Notes: generated by a model from the sequence alone, not told the origin. Numbered from the stretch's first letter, positions 11,748 through 22,092 are shown. The stretch is DNA of 64,000 nucleotides from an uncultured Pelagibacteraceae bacterium (GCA_902629695.1 CACORY010000001.1:28566-92565), one strand, 5' to 3'. Translations and numbers: made by a program.

Positions 11748-13985
11748 ATGAGTACTGAAAAATTTAAAAATACATCTTTTAAAGCAAACGAGTTAAGCAA
11801 GTGCCCGTTTACTGGAGCAGGTACCCCAGCAAAATTTTCTGCAGGAAGAGGTCAAAGTAACAGAGATTTTTGGCCAAATAGTTTGAACTTAAAAATTTTA
11901 AGTCAACACTCAAGTCTATCTAATCCAATGGATAAAAATTTTAAGTATTCAAAAGAATTTAAAAAACTAAATTTTAAAGCTTTAAAAAAAGATTTGAAAA
12001 AATTAATGACCAGCTCCCAAGATTGGTGGCCAGCAGATTATGGACATTATGGTCCATTGTTTATCAGACTTGCTTGGCACGCAGCAGGAACTTATAGAAC
12101 AGGTGATGGCAGAGGTGGAGCTGGAACAGGCAATCAACGTTTTGCGCCATTAAACTCTTGGCCTGATAATGTCAATTTAGATAAAGCAAGATTGCTTTTG
12201 TGGCCGATTAAACAAAAGTATGGAAAAAAAATATCTTGGGCAGATCTTTTTATATTGGTTGGAAACGTAGCATTGGATTCAATGGGTTTTAAAACATTTG
12301 GTTTTGGAGCTGGTAGAGTAGACATTTGGGAGCCAGAAGATGATATTTATTGGGGCTCCGAAAAAGAAATGTTAGATGTCAAAAGATATAGTGGGAAAAG
12401 AGATTTAGAGCAGCCTTTAGGAGCTTCTCATATGGGATTAATATATGTAAATCCTCAAGGACCCGATGCAAACCCAGATCCTTTGCTTGCGGCTCATGAT
12501 ATCAGAGAAACATTTGGAAGAATGGCAATGAATGATTATGAAACAGCAGCATTAGTTGCTGGAGGTCATACGTTTGGTAAATCACACGGAGCAGCTTCCG
12601 AGTCTCATAAAGGTCCAGACCCAGAGGCATCAAAAATTCAAGATCAAGCAACTGGATGGAATAGTGGTTATAAATCTGGAAAAGGAGTTGATACAATAAG
12701 TAGTGGTATAGAGGGAGCATGGACTCAAAATCCAATTAAATGGGATATGGGTTACTTGGATTGTCTATATGGTCATGAATGGGAACTTACAAAAAGCCCA
12801 GCAGGCGCTCATCAGTGGACACCAAAAAAAAATGGACAAGAAATTAAAATGGTCCCAGATGCTCACAATAAAAATATGTTTCATCCTCCGATGATGCAAA
12901 CTACAGATATTTCATTAAAAGTTGATCCAAGTTATGGACCTATTACAAGACATTTTCATGAAAATCCAAAAGAGTTCCATGATGCATTTGCTAAAGCTTG
13001 GTTTAAATTAACCCACAGGGATATGGGTCCTAAAGCTTGTTACTTAGGAAGTGACGTTCCAAAAGAAGAATTAATTTGGCAAGATCCAATAGATAAACCA
13101 AAATACAAATTAAAATCAAAAGATATCAAAGATTTAAAATCAAAGATTTTAAAATCAAAATTATCAATTTCTCAAATGGTTTCTACTGCCTGGGCTTCTG
13201 CTTCAACTTTTAGAGGTTCAGATAAGAGAGGTGGAGCTAATGGTGCTCGAATTTTATTAGAACCACAAAAGAACTGGAAAGTTAACAATCCAACAAAACT
13301 CTCAAAAGTTATTTCTGTTCTTAAAAATGTAAAAAATAAATTTGATAGTAAAAAGAAAAGTGTTTCTATGGCTGACCTTATTGTTTTGGCTGGGGGTGTT
13401 GGCATAGAAATGGCCGCTAAAAAAGCAGGTCATAAAATTAATGTGCCTTTTTCGGCTGGCAGAGGAGATGCGAGACAAGACCAAACAGACATTAATTCAT
13501 TTGGATTACTAGAACCACAAGCAGATGGTTTTAGAAATTATTTAAAAGGCGGGGCATCAAATGTATCTTCTGAGGAAAAATTGATTGATCAAGCACAATT
13601 AATGGGTCTTACAGCTCCTGAAATGACTGTTTTAATAGGTGGTATGCGTGTTTTAGACACAAATTCTGATAACTCAAAATTCGGTGTTTTTACAAAAAAA
13701 CCAGGAACGCTTACAAATGATTATTTTACAAACTTATTGGATATGAATACAACATGGAAAGAAACTGATAAATCTGAACAAAAATTTGTTGGCACGGATA
13801 GAAAAACAAAAAAAACTAAATGGGAAGCTACACGAGTTGACTTAATTTTTGGCTCAAATTCACAATTAAGAGCTTTAGCAGAAGTTTATGCATGTGAAGA
13901 TTCTCAAGATAAATTTGTTAAGGATTTCGTAGCTGCATGGGTTAAAGTTATGAACGCGGATAGGTTTGATTTAAAATTAAATTAA
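11748..13985 (+). CDS. katG: Catalase-peroxidase
   Basis: [45 protein letters not shown]; Trp/Tyr/Met adduct residues present; duplicated two-domain fold. Confidence 0.99.
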   Translation: MSTEKFKNTSFKANELSKCPFTGAGTPAKFSAGRGQSNRDFWPNSLNLKILSQHSSLSNPMDKNFKYSKEFKKLNFKALKKDLKKLMTSSQDWWPADYGHYGPLFIRLAWHAAGTYRTGDGRGGAGTGNQRFAPLNSWPDNVNLDKARLLLWPIKQKYGKKISWADLFILVGNVALDSMGFKTFGFGAGRVDIWEPEDDIYWGSEKEMLDVKRYSGKRDLEQPLGASHMGLIYVNPQGPDANPDPLLAAHDIRETFGRMAMNDYETAALVAGGHTFGKSHGAASESHKGPDPEASKIQDQATGWNSGYKSGKGVDTISSGIEGAWTQNPIKWDMGYLDCLYGHEWELTKSPAGAHQWTPKKNGQEIKMVPDAHNKNMFHPPMMQTTDISLKVDPSYGPITRHFHENPKEFHDAFAKAWFKLTHRDMGPKACYLGSDVPKEELIWQDPIDKPKYKLKSKDIKDLKSKILKSKLSISQMVSTAWASASTFRGSDKRGGANGARILLEPQKNWKVNNPTKLSKVISVLKNVKNKFDSKKKSVSMADLIVLAGGVGIEMAAKKAGHKINVPFSAGRGDARQDQTDINSFGLLEPQADGFRNYLKGGASNVSSEEKLIDQAQLMGLTAPEMTVLIGGMRVLDTNSDNSKFGVFTKKPGTLTNDYFTNLLDMNTTWKETDKSEQKFVGTDRKTKKTKWEATRVDLIFGSNSQLRALAEVYACEDSQDKFVKDFVAAWVKVMNADRFDLKLN

Positions 13986-14006
13986 TCAATTAAGAAATAT
14001 ATATAT

Positions 14007-14603
14007 ATGACAACTGTAAGTTTTGAGGACTTTTATGAAGTTCCTAATTTAAATTTCGATATTTCAAAATTGAGAGATGATTTAGATAAAATTTTAAAAG
14101 ATAAAAATTTTAATTCTCCAGGTGTCACTCATTTTGGAGCTATTCCGATTAATCAAATACCAAATGATGAGAATTCAATTAAAGGAAATAACATAAGAGG
14201 AAAATATTGGACTATTGCTGATGATAGTGGGAAAGAAGTTTCAAGAGATATTGATATAGATGAGTCAAAATATACTCAACTAATTCCTGAGTTTGAAAAA
14301 ACTTATTTTAAAGAGGTGTACGAAACATTAAGTAAAAAATTTAAATTGGGAAGAGTAAGGTTATTATTAAAAGAACCTAGATCAACATTGAGTTGGCACA
14401 AAGATCCAGAATGCAGACTTCATGTGCCAATTATTACTAATAAAGGCTGTTCAATGGTTATTGAAAATGTTGCAAAACATCTTCCAGCAGATGGCAAAGT
14501 ATGGATAACTAATAACACTAAATATCACAATTTCTTTAATGGTGGTGAACAAGCAAGGGTACATTTAGTTGCTTGTGTCCTAGAAAGTCCTTTTAAAGAA
14601 TAA
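14007..14603 (+). CDS. Aspartyl/asparaginyl beta-hydroxylase-like 2OG-Fe(II) oxygenase
   Basis: WHKD..RLHVPIITN ... YHNFFNGGEQARVHLV (HxD...H triad plus Arg). Confidence 0.75.
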   Translation: MTTVSFEDFYEVPNLNFDISKLRDDLDKILKDKNFNSPGVTHFGAIPINQIPNDENSIKGNNIRGKYWTIADDSGKEVSRDIDIDESKYTQLIPEFEKTYFKEVYETLSKKFKLGRVRLLLKEPRSTLSWHKDPECRLHVPIITNKGCSMVIENVAKHLPADGKVWITNNTKYHNFFNGGEQARVHLVACVLESPFKE

Positions 14604-14842
14604 TGGAAATTACAAACGGCATAGTTCAAGTAGCTCAAAACATTTATCAAAATAACAAAGGTTCTTTATTAAGAACTATAATTTACACAATCGGACATTT
14701 TATAATTGCGATAACAGTTTTAATGCTAGTTGCAGATGTATCTTTTACTGTAGCATTAACAGACGCTATAGTAGAACCAATAGCAAATTCTATTTGGTAC
14801 TTTATTTTAGATAAGTGGTGGGCAAGCAAATCAAAGAATTAA
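14603..14842 (+). CDS. Small membrane protein (DUF2061-like)
   Basis: Two hydrophobic segments, RTIIYTIGHF..EPIANSIWYFILDKWW; start overlaps the upstream stop (TAATG). Confidence 0.65.
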   Translation: MEITNGIVQVAQNIYQNNKGSLLRTIIYTIGHFIIAITVLMLVADVSFTVALTDAIVEPIANSIWYFILDKWWASKSKN

Positions 14843-14890
14843 ATATTCAAAATTAACTATTATCTTGAAAATTCAAGTATAAATAAAAAT

Positions 14891-14910
14891 CTGTCTTTAG
14901 ACAGTTTTTT
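14891..14910 (+). terminator. Possible intrinsic terminator
   Basis: CTGTC-TTTA-GACAG followed by TTTTTT. Confidence 0.45.
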
Positions 14911-14936
14911 AGTAGGCAAAATTTAAATTGTTATAA

Positions 14937-15008
14937 GTTGACTTAAATATTTTAAATGATGAGGCACTACATCCTATCGATCTAGTAGCTAAAAGTTATA
15001 GATTACGA
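14937..15008 (+). pseudogene. Probable C-terminal remnant of the rubrerythrin-associated Fe-S oxidoreductase (GlpC/HdrD-like)
   Basis: Start-less frame reads VDLNILNDEALHPIDLVAKSYRL, resembling the HP(I/V)xL(V/L)AxxY C-terminus of that family, immediately upstream of DUF3501. Confidence 0.6.
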
Positions 15009-15010
15009 TT

Positions 15011-15604
15011 ATGCCAAGAGAGAAAAGAGTAATTCAAAAAGAAGACATCATGCCCTTGGAGGTCTACACTCAACAAAGAAAAGAATTAAGAAAAAAAATT
15101 GTTGAATTTAAAAAAGACCGTAGGATACCTCTTGGTCCTTACGCTACCTTTTACTTTGAGAGTTTTGAAACAATGCTAGCTCAAGTTCAAGAAATGCTTT
15201 ACATTGAAAAAGGTGGGGATGAACAACTTAAAGATGAACTTACTGCCTACAACCCTTTAGTGCCAAACGGAAAAGAATTAACAGCTACTTTGATGTTTGA
15301 AATAGATAATCCAGTTTCTAGAGCAGCTTTCTTAGGGAAAGTAGGAGGTATAGAAGAAATGGTTTACTTAAAAGTAGGGGAAGAATTAATTAAAGCAATA
15401 CCAGAGATGGATGTTGATAGAGCATTTGCGGAGGGAAAAGCATCATCTGTTCAATTTATTCACTTTAAATTTACAGATGATCAAGTTAAAAAATTTAAAT
15501 CAAACTCATCTCAAATTGAAATTGGTATTAACCATAAAGAATATTCTCATTCGACAAGATTAAATGAAAACACAATAAAATCACTATCATTAGATTTTAT
15601 TTAG
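15011..15604 (+). CDS. DUF3501 family protein
   Basis: KKDRRI.LGP..TFYFE, QVQEMLYIEK, ELTAYNPLVP, TLMFEID, KASSVQF. Confidence 0.85.
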   Translation: MPREKRVIQKEDIMPLEVYTQQRKELRKKIVEFKKDRRIPLGPYATFYFESFETMLAQVQEMLYIEKGGDEQLKDELTAYNPLVPNGKELTATLMFEIDNPVSRAAFLGKVGGIEEMVYLKVGEELIKAIPEMDVDRAFAEGKASSVQFIHFKFTDDQVKKFKSNSSQIEIGINHKEYSHSTRLNENTIKSLSLDFI

Positions 15605-16055
15605 TTTTTCCCCAAATATTATCTGTTTTTATCCAGCCTTTAAATTTATCTGATTTAACTTTACACCAATTATTTTCACAATCTAACAAAACTAAGACCC
15701 TTCCTTTTTTGATTTTCGCGAGTGGTTTTGAAAAAACTAATGGCCTTTTAAATAAGATTTTATCCTCAGTAGGAATAATTGAGTTATTTTTTTTTAATTG
15801 AGATTGATGTATCCAACCACTATTATTTTTTAAATCTATTATCCTTCTCCAATTTTCTTTAGTATCTATTTGTTTAATAGGCAAATTAATTTTTTTGTAT
15901 ATAAATTTTACTGGAGAGTCAAAACTAGGCCCATATCTCACATTCACTTTATTTTTTTTTAAAGATAAAAAAAATTCTTCAGCATAACAATTTGAAATCA
16001 TAAATAAGATAAATATTGATATTAAAACTTTTTTTAAAATCTTATTTATGCACAT
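15597..16055 (-). CDS. Secreted bacterial SH3-domain protein
   Basis: Signal peptide; VNVRYGPS, WRRIID...GWIH and WCKV...GWI tandem SH3b repeats. Confidence 0.8.
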   Translation of the reverse strand: MCINKILKKVLISIFILFMISNCYAEEFFLSLKKNKVNVRYGPSFDSPVKFIYKKINLPIKQIDTKENWRRIIDLKNNSGWIHQSQLKKNNSIIPTEDKILFKRPLVFSKPLAKIKKGRVLVLLDCENNWCKVKSDKFKGWIKTDNIWGKTK

Positions 16056-16794
16056 TTTTTAACTTCTTAAGTTTTACTTTTCTAAAATTAAGATTCAAAA
16101 AGTCTAAGATTAATATGAAGCCATTTAAGTCTTTGCCAATAGATAAGATTTTTTTTAAAATTTCATTAGCCTGTATTGTGCCTATAATACCAGCTACTGT
16201 TCCTAAAATACCTTCATATTCACAATTTAAGATATCATCCGTAATTGTATTATCTTGAAAAAAAGATCTAATACATGGAGTATTTTTGTTTGTAAAATCA
16301 AAAGTAAAAATGTGACCATCAAATTTACTAATTGCACCTGTAACAAGAAATTTTTTTAATTTTAGACTTAGATCATTTATGATAAATTTTGTTTTAAAAT
16401 TATCTGATCCATCTACAATAAAATCATAGTTTTTAGCTATCTTTTTAAAATTTATTTTGTTTAATCTTGTTTTAAAACAATTTATTTTTGTTTTAGAATT
16501 TATTTTATTTAACTTTTTTTTAGCAGCTTTTACCTTAGATTTATTTATATCATCGTAATCATATAAACTTTGCCTGTGTATGTTTGACAGTTCAACATCG
16601 TCATAGTCAACTATTCCAATAGTACCTACGCCTGCTCTTGTTAAAAATTCTGCAGCAGGACAACCTAATCCTCCCATACCAATTATTAAAACTTTGGATT
16701 GAAAAATTTTCTTTTGACCTAAAATACCTATGTCTTTCAAAATAATTTGTCTTGAAAATCTATCTAGTTGTTTCTTATCTAATTTAATATTCAT
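16042..16794 (-). CDS. HesA/MoeB/ThiF family adenylyltransferase
   Basis: RFSRQI, IIGMGGLGCP, VELSNIHRQ, DGSDNF. Confidence 0.9.
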   Translation of the reverse strand: MNIKLDKKQLDRFSRQIILKDIGILGQKKIFQSKVLIIGMGGLGCPAAEFLTRAGVGTIGIVDYDDVELSNIHRQSLYDYDDINKSKVKAAKKKLNKINSKTKINCFKTRLNKINFKKIAKNYDFIVDGSDNFKTKFIINDLSLKLKKFLVTGAISKFDGHIFTFDFTNKNTPCIRSFFQDNTITDDILNCEYEGILGTVAGIIGTIQANEILKKILSIGKDLNGFILILDFLNLNFRKVKLKKLKNVHK

Positions 16795-17228
16795 TTACCA
16801 GTTGAACCAAATCCATCATTTCCCCTTAAAGTTTGAGGTAATTCGTTAGTTTCCTCTAACTCCATTTTTACAACTGGCGTGAATACCATTTGAGCAATTC
16901 TATCACCATTATTGATTATAAAGTCTTTATTGCTATGATTATAAATGATTACTTTGATTTCACCTCTATAGTCACTGTCAATAGTTCCTGGCGTATTTAA
17001 AACACTTATATTATTTTTTGCTGCTAGTCCCGACCTAGGTCTTATCTGAATTTCAAAATTTTCAGAAAAAGCAACAGACAATCCAGTTGGAATTAATGAA
17101 GATGAATTTGGCTTTACATTTATCGGGTTTTTTATAAACGCCATTAAATCCATACCTGATGCTCCAGTGCTTTTGTATGCAGGTAATTGTACAGCTGAAT
17201 CTAATTTTTTTATTAGAACTTTAGCCAT
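16791..17228 (-). CDS. dut: dUTP diphosphatase
   Basis: GMDL, RPRSGLA, GTIDSDYRGE, DRIAQ, RG..GFGSTG. Confidence 0.98.
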   Translation of the reverse strand: MAKVLIKKLDSAVQLPAYKSTGASGMDLMAFIKNPINVKPNSSSLIPTGLSVAFSENFEIQIRPRSGLAAKNNISVLNTPGTIDSDYRGEIKVIIYNHSNKDFIINNGDRIAQMVFTPVVKMELEETNELPQTLRGNDGFGSTGK

Positions 17229-18433
17229 TAATTTATATGAGAAACTATTCTATCTACAATTTCTTCAGATATCTCTGACTTGTTTTTTAATGAAAGTTTC
17301 TCTTTTTTATTATTTATATTTTTGTAATAAATAATTACTTCATTTAATTCACTGTCAAAACCGCCCTCTTTTTTTGAAATATCATTGGCTATTATCCAGT
17401 CACAATTTTTGTTTTGAAGTTTATTTATTGCATTTTTCTCAAGGTTATGTGTTTCAGCAGCAAAACCTATAACTAGTTTAGGTCTTTTAGAATTATGATT
17501 TGAAACATAATTTAATATGTCAATATTTTTTTCTAGATTAATTATCAGATTTTCTTGTTTTGGAATTTTCTTATTATATTTTTTTTTTACCTTAAAATCT
17601 GACACCGCTGCTGTAAATATGGCAACATCAGTTGGCAAGTTTTGCTGAGTTGCTTTAAACATTTCTTCTGCTGTTTCAACTTGAATAAGCTTGATATGTT
17701 CAGTTATTTCAATGTTAGTAGGACCAGATATTAAAGTTGTTTCAAATCCTCTATTAAACAATGATTTAGCTATTTCGTATCCTTGTTTTCCACTCGATTT
17801 GTTCGTAATATATCTTACTGGATCTATATACTCATTAGTTGGTCCAGCTGTAACAAGCGCTTTAATTTTTTTATTTTTTGTTTTGTTAGTTAAAAAGTTG
17901 TAAATTCTTTTATAAATGTCTATAGGTTCAGACATTTTACCTTCACCATATTCACCACAAGCCATATCACCAATTATCGGACCAATAAATTCATACCCGT
18001 AACTTTTAAGAGTCTTTAAATGATTTTGAGTTGATTTATGGTTCCACATTCTAACATTCATTGCAGGTGCTAAAAAAATTGGTTTATTAGAAGCAAGTAT
18101 CACAGTTGAAGCTAAATCTTCAGAATAACCATGACTTAATTTCGCAATAGTATTAGCAGTAGCTGGTGCAACAACAATAATATCTGCCCATCGCGATAAA
18201 GAAATATGATCCATTTCAGCTTCATTTTCTATACAAAAAAGATCATCGTAAACTTTACCTTGAGATAAAGAGGCAATTGAAAGTGGAGTTACAAATTCTT
18301 TTGCACTTTTTGTTAAAATAGTTTTTATTTCAGCATTATCTTTTTTTAACAATCTTATTGTCTCGAGACTTTTGTAAGCTGAAATACCTCCACAAATGAT
18401 GAAAAGGATTTTTTTGTTAATTAAATCTTTCAT
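17228..18433 (-). CDS. coaBC: Phosphopantothenoylcysteine decarboxylase/ligase
   Basis: GGISAYK, APATANTIAK, PAMN..MW, TAGPT.E.IDPVRYITNKSSGKQG, GFAAET. Confidence 0.97.
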   Translation of the reverse strand: MKDLINKKILFIICGGISAYKSLETIRLLKKDNAEIKTILTKSAKEFVTPLSIASLSQGKVYDDLFCIENEAEMDHISLSRWADIIVVAPATANTIAKLSHGYSEDLASTVILASNKPIFLAPAMNVRMWNHKSTQNHLKTLKSYGYEFIGPIIGDMACGEYGEGKMSEPIDIYKRIYNFLTNKTKNKKIKALVTAGPTNEYIDPVRYITNKSSGKQGYEIAKSLFNRGFETTLISGPTNIEITEHIKLIQVETAEEMFKATQQNLPTDVAIFTAAVSDFKVKKKYNKKIPKQENLIINLEKNIDILNYVSNHNSKRPKLVIGFAAETHNLEKNAINKLQNKNCDWIIANDISKKEGGFDSELNEVIIYYKNINNKKEKLSLKNKSEISEEIVDRIVSHIN

Positions 18434-18441
18434 GAAAATAA

Positions 18442-20010
18442 TTAAAATATCAAAAGACCAAAAATTACAAGGATTAATAAACCAATAATAGATTGATTTC
18501 TAAAAGCAGTCATTTCATTTTTTTGAGTGTTTAAAGCAGTGTAAGAGTTAGAGTTATTGGGTATTTGTCCACTTGCTAAATAAGTAAGAGCTTGATTTGC
18601 TTTATCCATAATTTCTGGAAACTCTGGTAATCTTTTAATTACTTCAGATGTGTTTTGAAGAGTCTCATTAATTTTTGTCATTGGATCCTTCGTTTCTTTT
18701 AACCAACTTTCAAGAACAGGTTTAGATGTAGTCCATATATTAGTATTTGGATTTAATTTTCTTGCTACTCCCTCTACCACAACCATTGTTTTTTGTAACA
18801 TTAAAAGCTGAGGTTGTGTTTGCATATTAAATTTTTCTGTTACGTCAAATAATTGTTTTAATAATTTTCCACCAGAAATGTCTTTTACAGCTTGTCCAAA
18901 AATGGGCTCTCCAATTGATCTTAAAGCTTGCGCAAGATCATTAATTGGTACTTCTTTAGGAACAAGTCCAGCAATCAAGTGTACTTCTGCAACTTTACGA
19001 TAATCTCTTTGAATAAAACCAAATAAGATTTCTGCTAAAAATCTTTTGCTCATTTTATCCAATCTACCCATTATTCCAAAATCTATAGGTACAATTTGAC
19101 CATCATTATCTATAAATATATTTCCTTGATGCATGTCAGCATGAAAAAAACCGTCTCTTACAGCATGTCTTAAAAAGTTTTGAATTACATCTTCAGCAAT
19201 TTTTTCAGTATTAAAATTCTTATTTTTAAGTTCATCAGTTTCTCTTATTGATATTCCATCTACCCAGTCAAGAGTCATGACGTTCTCACTGGTATAATTC
19301 CAATATATTTGAGGGACTCTAAAGCCAACATCATTTTTTGTATTTTCAGCATATTCATTGGCTGCAGCTGCTTCAAATCTTAAGTCCATTTCAAGATTTG
19401 TAATCTCTTTTAGTAAAAAAACTACTTCAACTAATTTCAATCTTTTTGTTTTTTTAATAAAAGATTCAATTAAAAATGCAAAAAGCATTATTGCATCAAT
19501 TTCTTCATTGAAAATTTTTTTAATATCTGGTCTTAAAATTTTTATAGCAACATCTTTAATAATTCCATTATCATTTATTTGTGCTTTATGAACTTGAGCT
19601 ATTGAAGCTGCAGCAACAGGTTCACCTAAATTAATGATAGAATTGTAAGTATTTTCACCTAAATCTTTTTTAATTATTTCTTTTGCTTGAAGAAGTGAAA
19701 ATGGTGGTAATTTATCTTGAAGATTTTCAAGTTTTTTTGACAGCTCCTCTCCAATTATATCTGGTCTTGTAGCTAAAAATTGACCGAGTTTTATAAAAGT
19801 TGTTCCCATGGACTCTAATGAATTTGATAATCTTTCGCCTTCGTCTTTTTGAGTATCTATTTCTTTTTTTTGAGAAAATGAAAAAGACAAAATTTTAAAG
19901 AGTATTCTAATTGCAAAAGGTGGTTCTTGGAATTTTGTGACTATATTTAATATATCAGATTTAGCTACTTTTCTTCCAATTTTAAATAAAATAATAAATT
20001 TTTTTATCAT
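18442..20010 (-). CDS. ubiB: Ubiquinone biosynthesis kinase-like protein UbiB
   Basis: FIKLGQFLATRPD, AAASIAQVH, FFHADMHQGN, IDFGIMG; start placed at the ATG overlapping the ubiE stop. Confidence 0.96.
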   Translation of the reverse strand: MIKKFIILFKIGRKVAKSDILNIVTKFQEPPFAIRILFKILSFSFSQKKEIDTQKDEGERLSNSLESMGTTFIKLGQFLATRPDIIGEELSKKLENLQDKLPPFSLLQAKEIIKKDLGENTYNSIINLGEPVAAASIAQVHKAQINDNGIIKDVAIKILRPDIKKIFNEEIDAIMLFAFLIESFIKKTKRLKLVEVVFLLKEITNLEMDLRFEAAAANEYAENTKNDVGFRVPQIYWNYTSENVMTLDWVDGISIRETDELKNKNFNTEKIAEDVIQNFLRHAVRDGFFHADMHQGNIFIDNDGQIVPIDFGIMGRLDKMSKRFLAEILFGFIQRDYRKVAEVHLIAGLVPKEVPINDLAQALRSIGEPIFGQAVKDISGGKLLKQLFDVTEKFNMQTQPQLLMLQKTMVVVEGVARKLNPNTNIWTTSKPVLESWLKETKDPMTKINETLQNTSEVIKRLPEFPEIMDKANQALTYLASGQIPNNSNSYTALNTQKNEMTAFRNQSIIGLLILVIFGLLIF

Positions 20011-20714
20011 CAAATTTTCCATCCGCTATGTATAGAAACAATTCCACCAGATAAATTCCTATAAAAACATTTTTCAAAACCTTCTTTTTTCATTAAATCT
20101 ATTAATTCCTCTTGATTTACAAAGTTTTCAATACTCTTAATAAGGTACTCATATGGTTGTTTTTCACCAACAATAAATTTTCCAATTAAAGGCAATAGTT
20201 CAGAATATTTTTTGTAGATAAGATTAAAGTTAGAATTTTGTATCTTTGAAAATTCTAAACAAAAAAATCTACCACCAGGTCTTAATACACGAAAAGCTTC
20301 GGAAAGAGATTTTTTTAAGTTATTAGTATTACGTAAACCAAAACTTATTGTGTATAAATCAAATGAATTATCTTGAGCTGGAATTCTTTCTGCTGGTGCT
20401 ATAATCCAATTTATATTTTTATATATCTTTAGTTTTTCTTTAGCTTTACTTATCATTTTTTTATTGGGGTCAATACATGTGATCTCAGATTTTTTATCTA
20501 CATGTTTTAAAAAGAGATTTGCTATATCTCCGGTTCCACATGCAACATCAATTAATTTAAGTTTTGCAGATGGATTCATCATATTAAGCATACTTTTTTT
20601 CCATAATCTGTGAATACCCAATGACATAAAATCATTCATTAGGTCATACCGATCATAGACCTGATCAAAAACATTTTGTACTAGTCCTTTTTTATTTTGT
20701 AGATATTGTTGCAT
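20010..20714 (-). CDS. ubiE: Ubiquinone/menaquinone C-methyltransferase
   Basis: YDLMNDFMSLGIHRLWK, DVACGTGD, ISFGLRN, RVLRPGG. Confidence 0.96.
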   Translation of the reverse strand: MQQYLQNKKGLVQNVFDQVYDRYDLMNDFMSLGIHRLWKKSMLNMMNPSAKLKLIDVACGTGDIANLFLKHVDKKSEITCIDPNKKMISKAKEKLKIYKNINWIIAPAERIPAQDNSFDLYTISFGLRNTNNLKKSLSEAFRVLRPGGRFFCLEFSKIQNSNFNLIYKKYSELLPLIGKFIVGEKQPYEYLIKSIENFVNQEELIDLMKKEGFEKCFYRNLSGGIVSIHSGWKI

Positions 20715-20745
20715 AATAAAAAATATATAATCAATATAGTATCAA

Positions 20746-21609
20746 ATGCCAGAATTACCAGAAGTAGAAATTGTAAGACAATCACTAAATAAAAAGATTA
20801 GTAATAAAAAGGTAAAAAAAGTAATAGTCAGAAATAGAAATTTAAGATTTAAAATACCCTCAAATTTTGTAACTTTTTTAAAGAATAAAAAAATAATAAA
20901 TGTAAAAAGGTTTTCTAAATATTTGATTTTATGTTTATCAAATGATCAATATTGTTTGCTTCATCTTGGCATGTCGGGGACAATACATATAGTAAATAAT
21001 ATTCAAAAGAATTTATTTACTAATACAAGTTTTTATAGTTCTCCAACTTTACCGACAAAACACAATCATGTAGAAATTATTTTTAAAAATTTGAAAGTTA
21101 TTTACAACGATCCTAGAAGATTTGGTTTTTTTGAAATTATCAAAAGTTCATCTTTATTAAAAAAGAGATTTAATAAATTTGGACCAGAACCATTTCAACC
21201 TCAATTTAATTTGAAATATATTACTTCATATTTTAGAGGTAAAAAAAAAAATATAAAAAATTTTTTAATAGATCAAAATTTTGTTTCTGGAATTGGAAAT
21301 ATATATGCAAGTGAAATTTTGTTTTTGAGTAAAATAAATCCTTTTAAACAAGCAGATTTAATTAAGAAAAAAGATTATAAAAAAATCTTAATTAATTCAA
21401 AAAAAGTTCTTATTAAAGCAATTAAAAAAGGTGGTTCAAGTATAAGAGATTTTAAAAATACCTCAGGCAAAAAAGGAGGTTTTCAAAAAAATTTTAATGT
21501 TTATGAGAGGAATGGATTAATTTGTAAGCGACAACATTGTAATGGAATTATACAAAAAAAAATAATTACAAACAGATCTACTTTTTTTTGTAATATATGC
21601 CAAATATAA
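20746..21609 (+). CDS. mutM: Formamidopyrimidine-DNA glycosylase
   Basis: N-terminal PELPEVE, HLGMSG, GIGNIYASE, C-terminal zinc finger. Confidence 0.97.
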   Translation: MPELPEVEIVRQSLNKKISNKKVKKVIVRNRNLRFKIPSNFVTFLKNKKIINVKRFSKYLILCLSNDQYCLLHLGMSGTIHIVNNIQKNLFTNTSFYSSPTLPTKHNHVEIIFKNLKVIYNDPRRFGFFEIIKSSSLLKKRFNKFGPEPFQPQFNLKYITSYFRGKKKNIKNFLIDQNFVSGIGNIYASEILFLSKINPFKQADLIKKKDYKKILINSKKVLIKAIKKGGSSIRDFKNTSGKKGGFQKNFNVYERNGLICKRQHCNGIIQKKIITNRSTFFCNICQI

Positions 21610-21621
21610 TTAATTATTTCG

Positions 21622-21650
21622 TTGACCAATATAAAATCTCAAGTTATACC
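21622..21650 (+). promoter_or_regulatory. Putative rpsT promoter
   Basis: TTGACC-17nt-TATACC ending 9 nt before the ATG, implying a very short leader. Confidence 0.5.
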
Positions 21651-21659
21651 CCTGCCAAT

Positions 21660-21920
21660 ATGGCGAACACAAAATCTGCAATTAAGAGAATTAGAAGAAT
21701 TTCGAAACAAACAGCTGTAAATAAAGCTAGGAAAAGTAGATATAAAAATGCATTAAAGAAAATGAATTTATTGATTAATAGTAAAAAGAAATCAGAAGCT
21801 CTTAAATTCTTACCTAAGTTGAATTCAGAACTAATGAAGATTGCTAAAACTGGCATTATTAAAAAGCAAAATGCTTCAAGAAATGTTTCCAGAATAACTA
21901 AAAAAATTTCAAGTTTATAA
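21660..21920 (+). CDS. rpsT: 30S ribosomal protein S20
   Basis: MANTKSAIKRIR...KQNASRNVSR; true start is the ATG at 21660, not 21597. Confidence 0.96.
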   Translation: MANTKSAIKRIRRISKQTAVNKARKSRYKNALKKMNLLINSKKKSEALKFLPKLNSELMKIAKTGIIKKQNASRNVSRITKKISSL

Positions 21921-22092
21921 TTTATACCTAAGGTTGTTTGGTCATTATACAACTTTAAAAGCTACAAAATCTGATAAAATTAAACATCAAAATACAATAT
22001 TTAGATTTAGTAAATATTCTTAACAATTCTTTTCAATTATAAATTTTATTTTATTTTTTTTTTAAAAATTTTTCAAATTTTTTTTTTTAGAT

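Noticed and set aside
14975-14996. GTAGCTAAAA resembling the 3' end of a SAM-II/SAM-V riboswitch
   Set aside because: No matching P1 or pseudoknot upstream, the downstream gene is not sulfur-related, and the sequence is better explained as coding remnant (V-A-K).
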